This document shows, one piece after another, positions 1 through 10,160 of a stretch of 64,000 bases of DNA. The DNA lies in the IMG/VR virus record IMGVR_UViG_3300025751_000004. The stretch is one strand, 5' to 3'. Made by a program: the position numbers and the translations under genes. The notes below the pieces were generated by a model. That model was not told where the DNA came from. It ran no database searches and saw only the letters and a list, made by a program, of their open reading frames with translations. Source of the stretch: an uncultured virus (IMG/VR IMGVR_UViG_3300025751_000004) (taxonomy: Duplodnaviria; Heunggongvirae; Uroviricota; Caudoviricetes). Every line of letters starts with the position of its first letter. Position 1 is the first letter of the stretch.

Positions 1-102
1 ACGAACTTCTGCTTCTGTGGTTTGACGCGGGTCAACGAACTGTCTAACCGCTGTTTCTTGCGCGGCTTGATCTAGTTGTCCAACAAACTGTGCAACCTCT
101 TC
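1..102. repeat. Terminal direct repeat identical to 63899..64000 (circular assembly overlap within a tandem repeat)
   Basis: Direct base-by-base identity of 1-102 with 63899-64000. Confidence 0.9.
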
Positions 103-3100
103 ATCGGTGGGTGTAAACCCTGCAGCTTCAAATGCTGAACGAACTTCTGCTTCTGTGGTCTGACGCGGATCAACATATGAACCAACGGTGGTTTTTGTAG
201 CCCCTTCAAAATCTTCTTCCCCTTGACCAACGTAAGCGGCGACCTCTTCGTCTGTAGGCGTGTACCCTTGATCCTCAAAAAACTTACGCGCTTCTGCTTC
301 AGTTACCTGTCTTGGATTTACATAGGCTGCGATAGCTTCTTTCTGATCTGCTTCTGGTGTTGCACCGATTCGCGCAGTTATTTCTTCTTCCGTAGGAGTG
401 TAATCTAGTTCTGCGAAAAACTGCTCTACTTCTTCACGCGTTGTAGCTTGTGGGTCATACTCTGCGGCTATTTCTGCTGCTGCATCTTCGTCATTTTCTA
501 CTTCTCTGACGTATTGAGCGGCTTGCTCCTCTGTGAGTGTCACTCCTTCTGCAGCGGCGGTGTTTATAACTTCTTGAGTATCTAAATAGTACGGGTCTAC
601 ATAAGATGCGACCAGCGTAGCCACATCACTGTCAACGTTTAGACCTGAGAGTATCTTTTTTGCTTCTCCTATTATGGGCGCAGAAAATTCTATATCATAA
701 GTCTTAAACTCATTTTCTATTTCGCTTTGTGTAACGACATTCTTATCGTACAGAGAATTAGTAACGTTTAAAGCGGCGTCTGGACCAACACCTAAATCAA
801 CGAGAGCATCGTATGAAGACTGCGCGTCCTTACTGTTTTGGATAGACGAAGGTAGTGTTGGTGGTAAGTCCCCATACTCCCCCTGTATTTTTATTTTTGC
901 TAGGTCACCAGCATGTTGAACATCGTCAAGAGTGTATCCATAAGTGTCAAGAAGATACTCTACGGCTCCAGTATCTGTTGATATAACATAACCGTCTTTC
1001 ATCAGTAAGTAATTACCGTTAAGACCTGCTAGACTTTCTAAATCTTCTTCAGAGTATAGCCCACCCCCCTGCGGATTATTTACGTCCATAAACTCTTTGG
1101 TTTGAGACAGTTCTACAGGTTGGGCGTTTGTGATAGTTTGATTTGTAGGGCTACTATTATTTATAATATCTGCGTTTGTGCCAAAGTCTTTAACCGAAGT
1201 AACTATTTGATCTCCTATAGCAATGGCTGTACCTGTACCTCCCCCCGCGATGAACCCTAATAGTGCTGCGGCAGTATTATTGCCTGAACGATCTCTAGTA
1301 TCATCTATAAGAGACAAACGGCCTTCAATAAAATCTGATATGACCCCTTCTTCAAGTGCTTCTGAAAAACCCTCTTTTAAGCCAACCTTTGTAGGTTCTA
1401 CGACAAAATCTTTAAGGCCCGATTTGTCATACAAGTTCTGCATTGCATCGGCCCAACCATCAGGGGCTTTCTTATCCCCAAATATTGCTTTTTCAAGTGC
1501 GCTACCACCAATCCCCATAGAAATAAGGCCCATAGTAGCGCCAACTATACCCGCAGCTTGTGCATTTTCGGTTGCATACTTTATAGCGGCGTCTTCTATT
1601 TTAGCTTCATACCGCTCCATCTCATTTGCAGGGGTGCCGCTTGGTAAATTTCTAAGGGCTACTTCTTTATAAGTCGCGTATGATTTATCATATGCATCAC
1701 CTGCAGCGCCACCATACGCTTCTAGCACGTTGCCCGCTGCCGCTGTACCTAAAGCACCTCTAAGGGCTATTTTTTTAGAGAACTCTTCACCCGCTGTCTG
1801 TAGTCCTTTTTTAAGTAGAAGGCTCGTACCACCACTTGCTAGTAAGAACGGCAGTTCTTGGATAATCTCCGATACAACATACTCAGCTATAAATGTACCG
1901 GGGGAATCTGCAGCGGTGGCAAGGACTGCAAGAACTGATTCTCTAAACCCTTCGGCATCGGCTAAATTTTTACCCATTGCTTCGGCAAGTGCTTCTTTAT
2001 TGGCTACATAGTCGTCGGTCTGCATTCCTGTGCCGAAGTCTTCTATGGCCTCACCAAGTTTATACAGCACACTGTCGGACACTTCGCCTTCAGTCCATCC
2101 CGCAGCGTTGGTTAATATTTTTCCATACGCAAATGTTTGCGCAAGAGAGCCTACAGAAGTAGCTGCAAGCCCTGCTGTGTTCTGTACAAAATCTACTATG
2201 GCACTTGGGTCCGCTAATTCATATTCAAGTTTGTTTATCCGTTCAGTTAGCGGGTCCATTGCTACTACATAACCTGCTTCTTCAAAAGCATTACGAACTG
2301 CGAGTAAATCCTCTCCTTGATTTATTGTTTGGGAAGTCGCTCCCGTCACGGGGTTTATGTTTAATACATCACCAATCGGGAACCGTTCCGCAGCTTCTTG
2401 GTCGCTTATACCTAACGCGCCCTGTATGATTTTTTGTATTTCTGGGTTTATTTTCGTTTCAATTTTGCTTGTCGTATATGTAGGCCCAGCACCTATGTTG
2501 GGGATTGTTACTGAATTACTTCCATAAAGAGCTATACCCTTACCTGTATCTATTAAATTTTTATATAATGCGTATGCTGCCTCTAAACTTAATTTAGAAG
2601 GGTCTTGGTCATTTAGCCATTGTTCAACTTCAGTTCCATAATTGTCAGTGCCGTCAAAAGATTTTTGCAAAACGGGATCATACGTAGGTATTATATTGTA
2701 CCCTGCGTCTTTTAATATATGATAGTCCCGTAATGTTATTATCGTGTCTTCGCCCCTGCCTAATACATTTGATATATCAGCAGTGACACGACTGCCAACA
2801 CCTACTGGGGCTAAATCGCTACGAATATCTTTCATAGTTATGTCATACGAATTACCAACTGGAGATTCAGCAAACGGGTTTACTTGTTGATAACCATCAG
2901 GAGTGTTTTTTAGGTACATACCATTATAATAACTATAATCCTCTCCTAACTTATCTTTTACAAACTGATCTAAACTAACGGCATCATACGTTATAGAAGT
3001 AGATACTCCATCCGCAAACGGATCAACACGCTGCCACCCACTAGGTGTGTTCCTATAATAAGACTTTGTTGCCTCGTCGTATATGTAATCGTCTGGCAAC

Positions 3101-4665
3101 AGGGTCATAGTGATGTTATTAGGGTCTATCGTGGCGTTTACGTCTTGGTTTGCTAAATAATGTTCGTAAATATCCTCGTCTTCGCCTAGGTTGTGCATAA
3201 GGCGATAGTCTTCTTCAGTAAATCTACCATACCTGTCACCCAAATTCTCCATCATTGTCGCGGTGCCAACAACCTCGTTGGTTACCCGTTTGTATTTCTC
3301 AAACATTTCGGGGAACTCGTCTAAGTCAGACAATAAATTTTCTGACGCGGTATTAAATTCTTCCTGTAAGCCCTCTATGGTAGGCGCTATTGCATTGTAT
3401 GTGTTTAGGTAATCCTGTTTAGCGGACGCGTTTGCGTTTACATAGTTTTGATATGCTTGACCTAGAGCAGCGTAATTTGTTCCTTGTGCGCCCTCGGTAG
3501 AATTATATAGATCAACTGCATCTGAATAGCGTTTGTACAAACGTTCTTCTTCAGTAAGTATCGCGTTGTACGAATTAGCCGCCGTCGTCATGTTAGACTG
3601 GGCGGTCGTCAAAGCATTAAGTTTTTCTTCAACTACTCCTTGGGTGCCAAAAAAAGAATCAAATAATTGATTTGCGCCTAACCCTTCAGCAGAATTTATA
3701 TAGTCTTTAATTTGTTCATCAACCTGCGCATTTAATGAAGCAAAAAACGCATCTGTAGGCTCCATTCCACCTGATACAGCAGCATTCACACTCGCGCCCA
3801 AGGACTGAGCAAGCATTCTCACACGATTGTCGTCAAGGTCTATGCCTAACTCTTCTGAAACATCTACAATCGGCGCTATGACACCTTTTGTATAAGTGGA
3901 TACTAGGTTATTTAGCGCTGCTTCACTAATATCACCGCCTTCTATTGCAGCAGTTAGACCTGCGGTAACTCCGTCTCTTATGCCAGCGCCTAAATCAGTC
4001 CATTGTTTTGTCGCTCCATCCACCTCTGTTAATATGTTACCTAATTGGTCATCAATCTTGCCAAGGACCATGCCCATACCTTCAGTAAGGCTACCTGTCA
4101 AAAAAGCATTGGACGCAGCTTCAAGGTCACCTTCTGTATGAACAAGCGTAGTTGCAAATTGTTCGGAGCCTTTTTCTACAATACTGACTATACTTTCAGG
4201 CACCCCTGCATTTTGAAGAATATTACCAGTTTGGTTTGCTACTATATCCCCTAACTGCGCACCGACATAAGATTTAAGCATAGCTCCAACTATACCTTCG
4301 GCGTCTTCTCCTTGATACGCTGCAGATGCACCTGAATTTAATGCAAATACCCAAGCAGGGGCGTTCAAAAGCACTAAGGCTACTGTGCCAATAGTGCCAA
4401 AAGGGTCTTTCTCAATCTCCTCTATTATTATTTCTCCAGATTCAATAAGGTCTAGTTCTAATGCTTCGTTCGCATCAAAAGGATTTAAGTCAATAGATTT
4501 AAAAGCCTTACCTATGTAATAGACTTCATGCTCTATCGTACCCGCAATATCTATATCAAGAAAATCTACATCATCTATGCCCAAATCAATCTCTACCGGA
4601 CCACCCGGATCGTCAAAAGGATTTAAGTCAATATCTGTTATATGCGGCAAATTATTTGTACACAT
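1..4665 (-). CDS. 5' part of a giant (~2,600 aa) acidic repeat-rich virion/ejection protein; continues across the window junction into 64000..60833
   Basis: ATG at 4665 overlaps the TAA of the upstream gene (TAATG). Reads MCTNNLPHITDIDLNPFDD... and reaches position 1 in frame with the 46-aa repeat (VDPRQTTEAEVR). Missing from the ORF track because it has no stop inside the window. I checked both ends and frame consistency, not every internal codon. Confidence 0.8.
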   Translation of the reverse strand, partial: MCTNNLPHITDIDLNPFDDPGGPVEIDLGIDDVDFLDIDIAGTIEHEVYYIGKAFKSIDLNPFDANEALELDLIESGEIIIEEIEKDPFGTIGTVALVLLNAPAWVFALNSGASAAYQGEDAEGIVGAMLKSYVGAQLGDIVANQTGNILQNAGVPESIVSIVEKGSEQFATTLVHTEGDLEAASNAFLTGSLTEGMGMVLGKIDDQLGNILTEVDGATKQWTDLGAGIRDGVTAGLTAAIEGGDISEAALNNLVSTYTKGVIAPIVDVSEELGIDLDDNRVRMLAQSLGASVNAAVSGGMEPTDAFFASLNAQVDEQIKDYINSAEGLGANQLFDSFFGTQGVVEEKLNALTTAQSNMTTAANSYNAILTEEERLYKRYSDAVDLYNSTEGAQGTNYAALGQAYQNYVNANASAKQDYLNTYNAIAPTIEGLQEEFNTASENLLSDLDEFPEMFEKYKRVTNEVVGTATMMENLGDRYGRFTEEDYRLMHNLGEDEDIYEHYLANQDVNATIDPNNITMTLLPDDYIYDEATKSYYRNTPSGWQRVDPFADGVSTSITYDAVSLDQFVKDKLGEDYSYYNGMYLKNTPDGYQQVNPFAESPVGNSYDITMKDIRSDLAPVGVGSRVTADISNVLGRGEDTIITLRDYHILKDAGYNIIPTYDPVLQKSFDGTDNYGTEVEQWLNDQDPSKLSLEAAYALYKNLIDTGKGIALYGSNSVTIPNIGAGPTYTTSKIETKINPEIQKIIQGALGISDQEAAERFPIGDVLNINPVTGATSQTINQGEDLLAVRNAFEEAGYVVAMDPLTERINKLEYELADPSAIVDFVQNTAGLAATSVGSLAQTFAYGKILTNAAGWTEGEVSDSVLYKLGEAIEDFGTGMQTDDYVANKEALAEAMGKNLADAEGFRESVLAVLATAADSPGTFIAEYVVSEIIQELPFLLASGGTSLLLKKGLQTAGEEFSKKIALRGALGTAAAGNVLEAYGGAAGDAYDKSYATYKEVALRNLPSGTPANEMERYEAKIEDAAIKYATENAQAAGIVGATMGLISMGIGGSALEKAIFGDKKAPDGWADAMQNLYDKSGLKDFVVEPTKVGLKEGFSEALEEGVISDFIEGRLSLIDDTRDRSGNNTAAALLGFIAGGGTGTAIAIGDQIVTSVKDFGTNADIINNSSPTNQTITNAQPVELSQTKEFMDVNNPQGGGLYSEEDLESLAGLNGNYLLMKDGYVISTDTGAVEYLLDTYGYTLDDVQHAGDLAKIKIQGEYGDLPPTLPSSIQNSKDAQSSYDALVDLGVGPDAALNVTNSLYDKNVVTQSEIENEFKTYDIEFSAPIIGEAKKILSGLNVDSDVATLVASYVDPYYLDTQEVINTAAAEGVTLTEEQAAQYVREVENDEDAAAEIAAEYDPQATTREEVEQFFAELDYTPTEEEITARIGATPEADQKEAIAAYVNPRQVTEAEARKFFEDQGYTPTDEEVAAYVGQGEEDFEGATKTTVGSYVDPRQTTEAEVRSAFEAAGFTPTDEEVAQFVGQLDQAAQETAVRQFVDPRQTTEAEVR

Positions 4666-5093
4666 TATTTAGGCTCCTGAATGTTTATGGTTCCATACAA
4701 GCGCCCTGTTTTTTTCGCTTTGCGTATTTCTACCGGATACTCTCTATCTATAGCACGGAACAACGGAGTTAACCGCACATCGTCAGTGCTAAATTTTAAA
4801 ACTGATATTTTACGTTGTTTTAGCTTTTTTAAGTACGCATACACTTGTCTTACAAGGTCTACAGCTTGATCCAGTGTATACATTTTTACCGCCGCTACCC
4901 TATACCCTTTTTTGTTTTCTTTTATTGGTGTGGTAAAAAATACCGTGTTACCGTACTGGTCTACAACAGTATGTTTGTTTTTACCTAATATAGTAAGGAA
5001 CAACATAGTCTCACGTATTTCTTCAGGTGACGCATTATGCTGCTCCGTAAGAGAGCGCCCTATAATTGTGGGTATGTCTAACTGTTCCATCAT
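4665..5093 (-). CDS. hypothetical protein (late operon)
   Basis: 142-aa ORF translationally coupled to both neighbours. Confidence 0.7.
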   Translation of the reverse strand: MMEQLDIPTIIGRSLTEQHNASPEEIRETMLFLTILGKNKHTVVDQYGNTVFFTTPIKENKKGYRVAAVKMYTLDQAVDLVRQVYAYLKKLKQRKISVLKFSTDDVRLTPLFRAIDREYPVEIRKAKKTGRLYGTINIQEPK

Positions 5094-5710
5094 GAGTTAG
5101 TCCCGAATGTTACATCAACCGTAGCAGATGCGACGCCGGGGTGAAGGGCTGATGCGGCTTCTGCGTGTAAGTTTAACTGCGTATCAGTAGTGGCCCAGTA
5201 GATTTCAATATAGTCATCTGCTTCTAAAGCGCGTGTAAAAACCCAGTTAACAACATAGAAATCGTTACCTTTTACATCAAATAGATGTCCTGAGTAGGGT
5301 GTATCGGTAGTTCCATTTAGCTTCTCCCAAACAGTTACCGTAGCCTCACTAGAATTATTATGCTCTATCTGAAGCGTTATAGAAAACTGATATGTACCTG
5401 CGTGGGTAACATTTATCCTGCTATTGTTTGATAGAGTTATGCTATCCGTGTGATGCGTAGAATTAAACGTAACCGCGTACCCCGTACTTGCCATTGCCGC
5501 CGTTTGGTCAACAGTGCTATAAAAAGACCCCCGTGGCATGTAGAGAAACCTACCGCCGTCTTCAGTAGATGTGAGTGTAGTAACAATGTTAGTTAAACGC
5601 CGAAAGAACAGACGTAACACGTTACTTTGCTGATCTACGAACGGTCTATCATAGCCATCAGGTGCCAGCGGTAGGGCAGGTGGTTCAACTTGGTCAATTT
5701 CATTTGCCAT
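5090..5710 (-). CDS. virion protein with C1q/TNF-like beta-sandwich C-terminal domain
   Basis: SRINVTHAGTYQFSITLQ...LEADDYIEIYW pattern typical of C1q-like folds; located in the tail region. Confidence 0.6.
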   Translation of the reverse strand: MANEIDQVEPPALPLAPDGYDRPFVDQQSNVLRLFFRRLTNIVTTLTSTEDGGRFLYMPRGSFYSTVDQTAAMASTGYAVTFNSTHHTDSITLSNNSRINVTHAGTYQFSITLQIEHNNSSEATVTVWEKLNGTTDTPYSGHLFDVKGNDFYVVNWVFTRALEADDYIEIYWATTDTQLNLHAEAASALHPGVASATVDVTFGTNS

Positions 5711-7575
5711 TATCGTCTTCCATCTGGCCTAGTATCTACACGAGGTGTACCTAACTGCCACATAACTCCTTGTCCTGTGGATTCTATTTTTAGCACCATT
5801 TGTCGCCCCCGCACGCGCATGAAAAGCTGATCTGTATATTGCTCTATGGGGGCAGTGGCACTGCGCGTTACAGTGCCCGAACTATTCCCACTTTCTGACA
5901 ATGGGCTGTTAAACCCAGAACCAGAATTAGCCAACGGTTGCAAGGTTAGAGTAGCTGCAGGAGATGTGGCGGTAGAGCCTTCAAAAGTCATATCAGGGAG
6001 CACACGATTGATTAAAGCAAACCTACTCCCATCACTAAGGTCAAACTGGGAAGACGATATATTTGCCGTTATAGCTGTGCCTGCCCCTGTTTCATTGTCG
6101 TCAATACCATCTTCATGGTTCACAAGATTGTAAGTGTAAGTTGCAGCGAGAGGAAAGTTGCGTAGCCCTGAGTCTAACCATGCAGTGCGTCCCAGTGACC
6201 CGTAATACCAAGTATCTTCTAGGTAATTATAGATAACGTATTTGTCGATCTGTTCTTGGTTTGTGGAACAATAAAACCACCATATTTCGTGAAATGCTTC
6301 GTTAGTGCCCGCAAAAAACTGGTCGTACTGTAACGTATTTAGGTTATTAAAGATATGACGCTTAACATCACAGCGAAGTGGTTGTGTGCGACCATCGTAT
6401 TTATAGAACTTATCTTTACCCATCCAGTATGCGACACCGTTAGCAAACGCTACACTGTTCTGAGATGCAATTGATATGTTGTTACCAACAAGCTGTGCGC
6501 CCCATACAGCGGGTGCTCCAACATACTGTATAGAATACAACGCAGAGTCCGACCAAACTAGAACCTCCTGACGAGCCTGTTTTGCGGCTACAATTTCAGT
6601 GCCACGGGAAAGTCGTAAATCACCTGCTTGGTTTGTAGACGCAGGGGTCCAGTTAACTGCGCTCTCTTGGTCGGACCACCTAACAAGCATAGGATCTTGC
6701 GTAGCACTACCTAAATTATTGCAGCCGAAACAAAATACAAACCTGTTAATATCAGATACTAGCAGTAAGTTATGCACTGTTGGTACGTCAGATGCACCGC
6801 CAAGACTTGAAAGTAATACCCCGCGAGAAGACACTCCGCTGGTAGCATCCCAGTAGTATATACTGCCGCCGCGCACACCAAATATTAAATCTTCACCAAA
6901 GTTAGATTGGCTCCAAAGCCGAATAGCTTCATTAGATGCAAGTCCGTTACTCCACGTACCACCACCCCAAGTACCCGCACCCCAGCCTGTAAGTGGAACA
7001 ACTGATGCTTGACCTGTAGTGATTTGGTAAGCTGCAGTGACGGCCCCGCCACCATTGCCTGTGTCAGACGCGTTAGCCGTAGCAGATACGGTTATAGTAT
7101 ATTCGTTTCCACTATTAACGGCTGTTATTTGGTGTTCAGCGTTTAGGATTGCCGCAGTAATGTTACCACCCAAAGAGGCTGCGCCACTAAATGTTACAAA
7201 GTCATTGATAGACGCCCCATGACTAGCGTCAGTCACCGTTATAGTAGTGCTACCGTTAGTAGCTGCAAAAGTGGCAGTATTGGTTGTGGTTGCACGGATC
7301 GGTGTAATGTCGTTGTACGCGCCCCCTTGCTCTAAGTAAAACTTCAAGTTTGTACCTACTCCCACAAGGTTAAACCCAGATAGGGTTACCCAGTTCCACA
7401 ACGAGCGACACACACCCAAAAATGTAGAAGTAGATATTCTGTTCCACCCACCTATTTTCTCTGGAAACCCCTGCCTAAAACGTATTTTATCGCCGTCGAA
7501 CCAACCATTTCCTGAAGAGTAGCTAGTACGTTCGTCGTTTATTCCGGGTTTAAACTGGAGTTTCTGGAAAGGCAT
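5710..7575 (-). CDS. podovirus tail nozzle / stabilization protein (P22 gp10- or T7 gp12-like)
   Basis: ~620 aa starting MPFQKLQFKPGI; beta-propeller-like repeats (VRWSDQE, YWMG, EIWWFY); lies upstream of internal virion genes. Confidence 0.75.
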   Translation of the reverse strand: MPFQKLQFKPGINDERTSYSSGNGWFDGDKIRFRQGFPEKIGGWNRISTSTFLGVCRSLWNWVTLSGFNLVGVGTNLKFYLEQGGAYNDITPIRATTTNTATFAATNGSTTITVTDASHGASINDFVTFSGAASLGGNITAAILNAEHQITAVNSGNEYTITVSATANASDTGNGGGAVTAAYQITTGQASVVPLTGWGAGTWGGGTWSNGLASNEAIRLWSQSNFGEDLIFGVRGGSIYYWDATSGVSSRGVLLSSLGGASDVPTVHNLLLVSDINRFVFCFGCNNLGSATQDPMLVRWSDQESAVNWTPASTNQAGDLRLSRGTEIVAAKQARQEVLVWSDSALYSIQYVGAPAVWGAQLVGNNISIASQNSVAFANGVAYWMGKDKFYKYDGRTQPLRCDVKRHIFNNLNTLQYDQFFAGTNEAFHEIWWFYCSTNQEQIDKYVIYNYLEDTWYYGSLGRTAWLDSGLRNFPLAATYTYNLVNHEDGIDDNETGAGTAITANISSSQFDLSDGSRFALINRVLPDMTFEGSTATSPAATLTLQPLANSGSGFNSPLSESGNSSGTVTRSATAPIEQYTDQLFMRVRGRQMVLKIESTGQGVMWQLGTPRVDTRPDGRR

Positions 7576-7582
7576 TTTACAC

Positions 7583-7795
7583 CTATGAAGTTTCAGCAAA
7601 CATTGGAGGGAATGTGGTTACACTTATAGCCACATGTTGTTTTAGATTTAACACTTCACCACAATCAGAACACATATCTGCGGCAAGTTCGGATTCATCT
7701 AAATCATAGCCACAAGCATCGCACACCTGATGTATTACATGAGCAGGCTCTACTGAGCCATCTTCTAGCGTCTTTGCTTTATTTTCTACGCGCAT
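7583..7795 (-). CDS. small zinc-ribbon protein
   Basis: CDAC...CSDC motifs, 70 aa, GGAG RBS. Confidence 0.7.
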   Translation of the reverse strand: MRVENKAKTLEDGSVEPAHVIHQVCDACGYDLDESELAADMCSDCGEVLNLKQHVAISVTTFPPMFAETS

Positions 7796-7807
7796 ACAAG
7801 CACTCCT

Positions 7808-8020
7808 CTACTTTCCACTGCATAATCTTTCATACTGTTCGTTGTGCACAATAGTGTCGGTTAGTAACTGCTGATCATTCTTTAGAAGCCAAGCGGTCAC
7901 ATGAGCGTCAGCAAAATAATGCGGTTTTGCTATATCACAATAGCCGTTAACCGTCACGCTTTCGCACCCACTTATTAGCACGATTGAGCAGAGCATCATC
8001 ATCCAAACGTTTAACTTCAT
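7808..8020 (-). CDS. putative o-spanin lipoprotein (Rz1-like)
   Basis: Hydrophobic stretch plus lipobox ISGC; overlaps the 3' end of the i-spanin candidate; true start probably at the MMM run. Confidence 0.6.
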   Translation of the reverse strand: MKLNVWMMMLCSIVLISGCESVTVNGYCDIAKPHYFADAHVTAWLLKNDQQLLTDTIVHNEQYERLCSGK

Positions 8021-8186
8021 TCTCTACATCCTTCGCCGTCAACATATCATCAACACGTTTTTTAGTAGCTTTTGCGCGTACTTTCTGTGCTCCGCTAGCT
8101 GCACCCTTCAAGTATACCATAAGCATGGCACCAAGAACAGCCACCGCAGCATAAGCGTACAATTTAAGTCGAGCTAGCATAAACAT
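7947..8186 (-). CDS. putative i-spanin (Rz-like)
   Basis: N-terminal TM helix plus coiled-coil; directly downstream of the endolysin. Confidence 0.55.
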   Translation of the reverse strand: MFMLARLKLYAYAAVAVLGAMLMVYLKGAASGAQKVRAKATKKRVDDMLTAKDVENEVKRLDDDALLNRANKWVRKRDG

Positions 8187-8848
8187 TAACGGTCACCCTG
8201 TTTCCATTTTTTGGTACGCTCAATGTCAATCACGCCTGTTCCGACTAGAATCACTATCGACAGAGCGCCCAAAATCAGGAGTTTCTGCCAGTCTAGCCCA
8301 CCTAATGTCCCAACCAGCGGGGTAGCAAGTCCAGCAATCTTTGTGACCTGAGATGCTTGGATCGTCTTCGATTGGGCTAAGGATTTTCTGGGTTCTTTTG
8401 GAGGGGTCTTGTCCTGAGCTATCCATTTATTCACCCTAAACGTTGGACAAGCCTTGGTAACATCTGGCAAATCATTGTGACCAACAATCTGAGTAATGTT
8501 AGGAAACTCCATCCGCAACTGAGCAATTAGCCTACGCAGTGAACGATCTTGTGCATCGGTAAAGTTTTCCTCAAACTCATCATTCGCAGTACCGCCATGC
8601 CCTCCAAAGATTGCAACACCTATAGAAGTAGCGTTATACCCCTTGGCGTGAGCACCTGCACGTTCTACAGGACGCCCCTCAACGATAACGCCATTACGAT
8701 CAATGAGGTAATGATAGCCCACATCCGACCAACCTTTGTCCGTATGCCATTTTTTAACCTCTGCAACTTTTGCTTCTGTTGTTTGGTCGGACTGCCATTC
8801 AGGTCTTGTTGCAGTACAGTGTACTACGATCATATCTATTTGCCGCAT
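8186..8848 (-). CDS. endolysin, N-acetylmuramoyl-L-alanine amidase (T7 lysozyme/Amidase_2 family) with hydrophobic C-terminal extension
   Basis: IVVHCTAT, GWSDVGYHYLI, GAHAKGYN, VGHND, KACP Zn-amidase motifs. Confidence 0.9.
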   Translation of the reverse strand: MRQIDMIVVHCTATRPEWQSDQTTEAKVAEVKKWHTDKGWSDVGYHYLIDRNGVIVEGRPVERAGAHAKGYNATSIGVAIFGGHGGTANDEFEENFTDAQDRSLRRLIAQLRMEFPNITQIVGHNDLPDVTKACPTFRVNKWIAQDKTPPKEPRKSLAQSKTIQASQVTKIAGLATPLVGTLGGLDWQKLLILGALSIVILVGTGVIDIERTKKWKQGDR

Positions 8849-9072
8849 TTTTCACAAACTTCCTTTTTAGGTTTTGACGCCTGACCGTTTACATATATGC
8901 CATAAAATCCCGCGCCCGCACCAACAATTACCGAAACCATTCCAGCCTGCGCATTTGACGGTGCCTCAAGGCTTATGAACCATTCTGTTGTGCGGTAAAA
9001 AGCAAACCCGTACAGGGTTATAATTAGACGGGGCCAGATGCGCCATTTGTCTAGCCACTCAGGGGTTATCAT
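8836..9072 (-). CDS. putative holin
   Basis: 78 aa, two predicted TM segments, charged C-terminus, immediately upstream of the endolysin. Confidence 0.55.
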   Translation of the reverse strand: MITPEWLDKWRIWPRLIITLYGFAFYRTTEWFISLEAPSNAQAGMVSVIVGAGAGFYGIYVNGQASKPKKEVCEKCGK

Positions 9073-9073
9073 T

Positions 9074-9304
9074 TCAAACCTCCATATCTACAATCTGACC
9101 TTGCGGTTGCAGGGCAGTATTGGATGCACCGAACCTATCATAACTGGATATTAAATCAAGTTTTTGCCGCTCAAGCACTTTTTCAAGTTTGTGCGCAAGT
9201 AAATGTTCCTTTTGCACCTGCTGCTGCGCTTGGTAGTTTTCAATACTCTCGCGGCTCCTCTGCAACTCTATGGCAAATGGTAAATTTCCAACGGGATCAA
9301 GCAT
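9074..9304 (-). CDS. hypothetical protein
   Basis: 76-aa ORF coupled in the late operon. Confidence 0.6.
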   Translation of the reverse strand: MLDPVGNLPFAIELQRSRESIENYQAQQQVQKEHLLAHKLEKVLERQKLDLISSYDRFGASNTALQPQGQIVDMEV

Positions 9305-9764
9305 TGGCTAACCACACGAATCCAACAAGAGCACCCACTCCAAGGATAAACAAAAAGACCCCAGCTATCCATTCTATTATCGTTTGCTTGATTTCCATTC
9401 TTCTAAATTCGTGCTCACGTTTCTGTTTTCTAATCTCGGCTTCGATACGAAGAAATTCCTGCCAATGAGATGGCCCCAGTATTGCAGGGTGCGATATGAG
9501 TTCACGCAAGTCGTCCCTCATTTTTTGGGCTTGCTTGCGAGCTAAGAAGACTTCCATAGCTTGCGCTTGTGTGCCACCACCAAGTGCTTTATACCAAGGC
9601 GGTTTGTCTGCCATTTTTTCTGCTTGGTCTATGTCAGCCATACAGTTAGCCCACTGCTGCAACTGTTGGCCCATGTCCTGTAAGTCACGCCCGACTTGGA
9701 CGCCTTTTTTCAAAAAACTATAAGCGGCCTGTGCGCCCGCTATCGCAACACCTATTTCTATCAT
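9297..9764 (-). CDS. hypothetical membrane protein (coiled-coil plus C-terminal TM)
   Basis: 155 aa, hydrophobic C-terminus. Confidence 0.7.
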   Translation of the reverse strand: MIEIGVAIAGAQAAYSFLKKGVQVGRDLQDMGQQLQQWANCMADIDQAEKMADKPPWYKALGGGTQAQAMEVFLARKQAQKMRDDLRELISHPAILGPSHWQEFLRIEAEIRKQKREHEFRRMEIKQTIIEWIAGVFLFILGVGALVGFVWLANA

Positions 9765-9925
9765 GTCTCATAGAACCTCACAGGGCATATAATATTAGGG
9801 TGTACGCGGTAGACACGCCTGATGTTCTCAGTGTTACACTGATAATGACATGCCTTATAAAACCAGCTTCCGTAGCCGTTTATAAACAGATGTCCGTACC
9901 CTATAAATACAAGGGTACAAAGCAT
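9761..9925 (-). CDS. small Cys-containing hypothetical protein (54 aa, not in ORF track)
   Basis: MLCTLVFIGYGHLFINGYGSWFYKACHYQC... fills the gap between neighbours with ATGA coupling. Confidence 0.55.
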   Translation of the reverse strand: MLCTLVFIGYGHLFINGYGSWFYKACHYQCNTENIRRVYRVHPNIICPVRFYET

Positions 9926-9926
9926 G

Positions 9927-10160
9927 TCATCGTTCCATCAAACGATCTAGTTTTTCTTCAATGCGATCAAACCGAGCTACGATCTGATTCATCACAGTAG
10001 AGCTATCAACTTTAGTGACATACTCTTTTGCCATTTCCTCTCGTGTTTTATTAAGTAGTATTTGAATACGAGCTACTTCACTATGTTGAGCTTTTAGCCA
10101 CCAACCTAGCCCCCCTATTGCGGCAGTTAGTCCCACATTTATAATAGAACTCATCTCCAT
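9927..10160 (-). CDS. small membrane protein (TM plus coiled-coil)
   Basis: Likely start MEMSS at 10160 overlapping the stop of the upstream fibre gene. Confidence 0.65.
   Translation of the reverse strand: MEMSSIINVGLTAAIGGLGWWLKAQHSEVARIQILLNKTREEMAKEYVTKVDSSTVMNQIVARFDRIEEKLDRLMER

Noticed and set aside
1..102. Terminal repeat as a biological direct terminal repeat
   Set aside because: It lies inside a coding tandem repeat in mid-gene; best explained as assembly overlap
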